This document shows positions 43,230 through 43,726 of a DNA stretch of 43,726 nt, one piece after another. Made by a program: the position numbers and the translations under genes. The number at the start of each line of letters is the position of its first letter. Position 1 is the stretch's first letter. This stretch comes from a virus (taxonomy: Duplodnaviria > Caudoviricetes). The stretch is from positions 1-43,726 of IMG/VR virus record IMGVR_UViG_3300035685_000105, one strand, 5' to 3'. The notes under the pieces are model-generated. The model was not told where the DNA came from. It saw only the letters and a list, made by a program, of their open reading frames with translations, and did no database searches.

Positions 43230-43726
43230 CAGGGCCTGTGCGTGACGTGGGTCTCGCCGGGCAGGACGATGGAACCGCGTTGTTCACTGGCAACGCTTGC
43301 GTTCATCGCTGCGGTCACACGCCGCGCGAAGGGGGTGATGAAGGGAATCTGCATGTCAGCCTTGCCGAAAGTCTCAACGACGGAACAGACCTCGACGAAA
43401 ATGTATAAGCCTTCCACTGCGGAGATGGCTATCACCGTCACGGTGCCATTGGTACCGGGCAGGTAGGCCAGCGCTGGTTGGATGATGGTCGCTGTCGCCA
43501 CGCCGAGGAGCGTCAGTGCCTTCTTCGAGACGCCGCGCCAAGCAATCTTGGAGGAGATGCGGCCCTCCCGACTGGCGACAATGACCCCCGCCAGCGTGTC
43601 TATTAGCATCATGACCACGAGCACGATGAAGAGTTGCAGGGGGACAGGAAGGCTCTCGAAGAAAACGAAGGGGTTGTTGCTCACGGCGATATCCATTTCG
43701 TAGGAGCGGGGCAAGGCCGCCTGCAC
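43229..43726 (-). CDS. phage holin (holin family 4-1-like); start uncertain at the window edge
   Basis: MLIDTLAGVIVA..ISSKIAWRGVSKK..EVCSVVET..G motif; about three TM segments. Confidence 0.8.
   Translation of the reverse strand: MQAALPRSYEMDIAVSNNPFVFFESLPVPLQLFIVLVVMMLIDTLAGVIVASREGRISSKIAWRGVSKKALTLLGVATATIIQPALAYLPGTNGTVTVIAISAVEGLYIFVEVCSVVETFGKADMQIPFITPFARRVTAAMNASVASEQRGSIVLPGETHVTHRP

Larger units (their letters stand above)
163..43726. mobile_element. temperate siphovirus-like prophage (right end beyond window)
   Basis: Integrase abutting a tRNA; immunity switch; replication genes; HK97-like head, tail and lysis modules; no second tRNA fragment (attR) seen. Confidence 0.93.

Noticed and set aside
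163-43726. attR copy of the tRNA 3' end
   Set aside because: No second copy of the tRNA sequence was found by eye in the window, so the att core cannot be defined here

Overview
This window is a GC-rich temperate siphovirus-type prophage inserted at a tRNA-Leu(GAG) gene (79-162). A Chloroflexota-like host is inferred from the PT-linker/SH3 lipoproteins and a Gram-positive-type LexA box. The left arm holds a large serine recombinase whose ORF runs into the tRNA, a lysogenic-conversion cluster (DUF349-like repeat protein, Excalibur and other lipoproteins), and a cI/cro-type switch with a LexA-boxed candidate antirepressor. It continues with an early operon: HNH-AP2 endonuclease, replication initiator with an internal iteron/DnaA origin, PD-(D/E)XK nuclease, minimal PolX, membrane-anchored HTH protein and HerA-like ATPase. 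The middle is a lower-GC accessory island (transposase-derived Zn-ribbon/HTH protein, P63C protein, zeta-like kinase) followed by a tyrosine recombinase. The right arm is an HK97-like late operon on the minus strand that converges on the early genes: holin, HNH, terminase, portal, S49 protease, capsid, tail, M14 peptidase and a three-catalytic-domain lysin. The far end (attR) was not found in the window. The most unusual signal is a membrane-anchored HTH gene (12541-13260) carrying 17 copies of GTTGC/GCAAC in about 400 bp, in both orientations and several codon phases. This suggests a protein that binds an array inside its own gene and tethers phage DNA to the membrane. All family assignments come from motifs read by eye; no database search was run.
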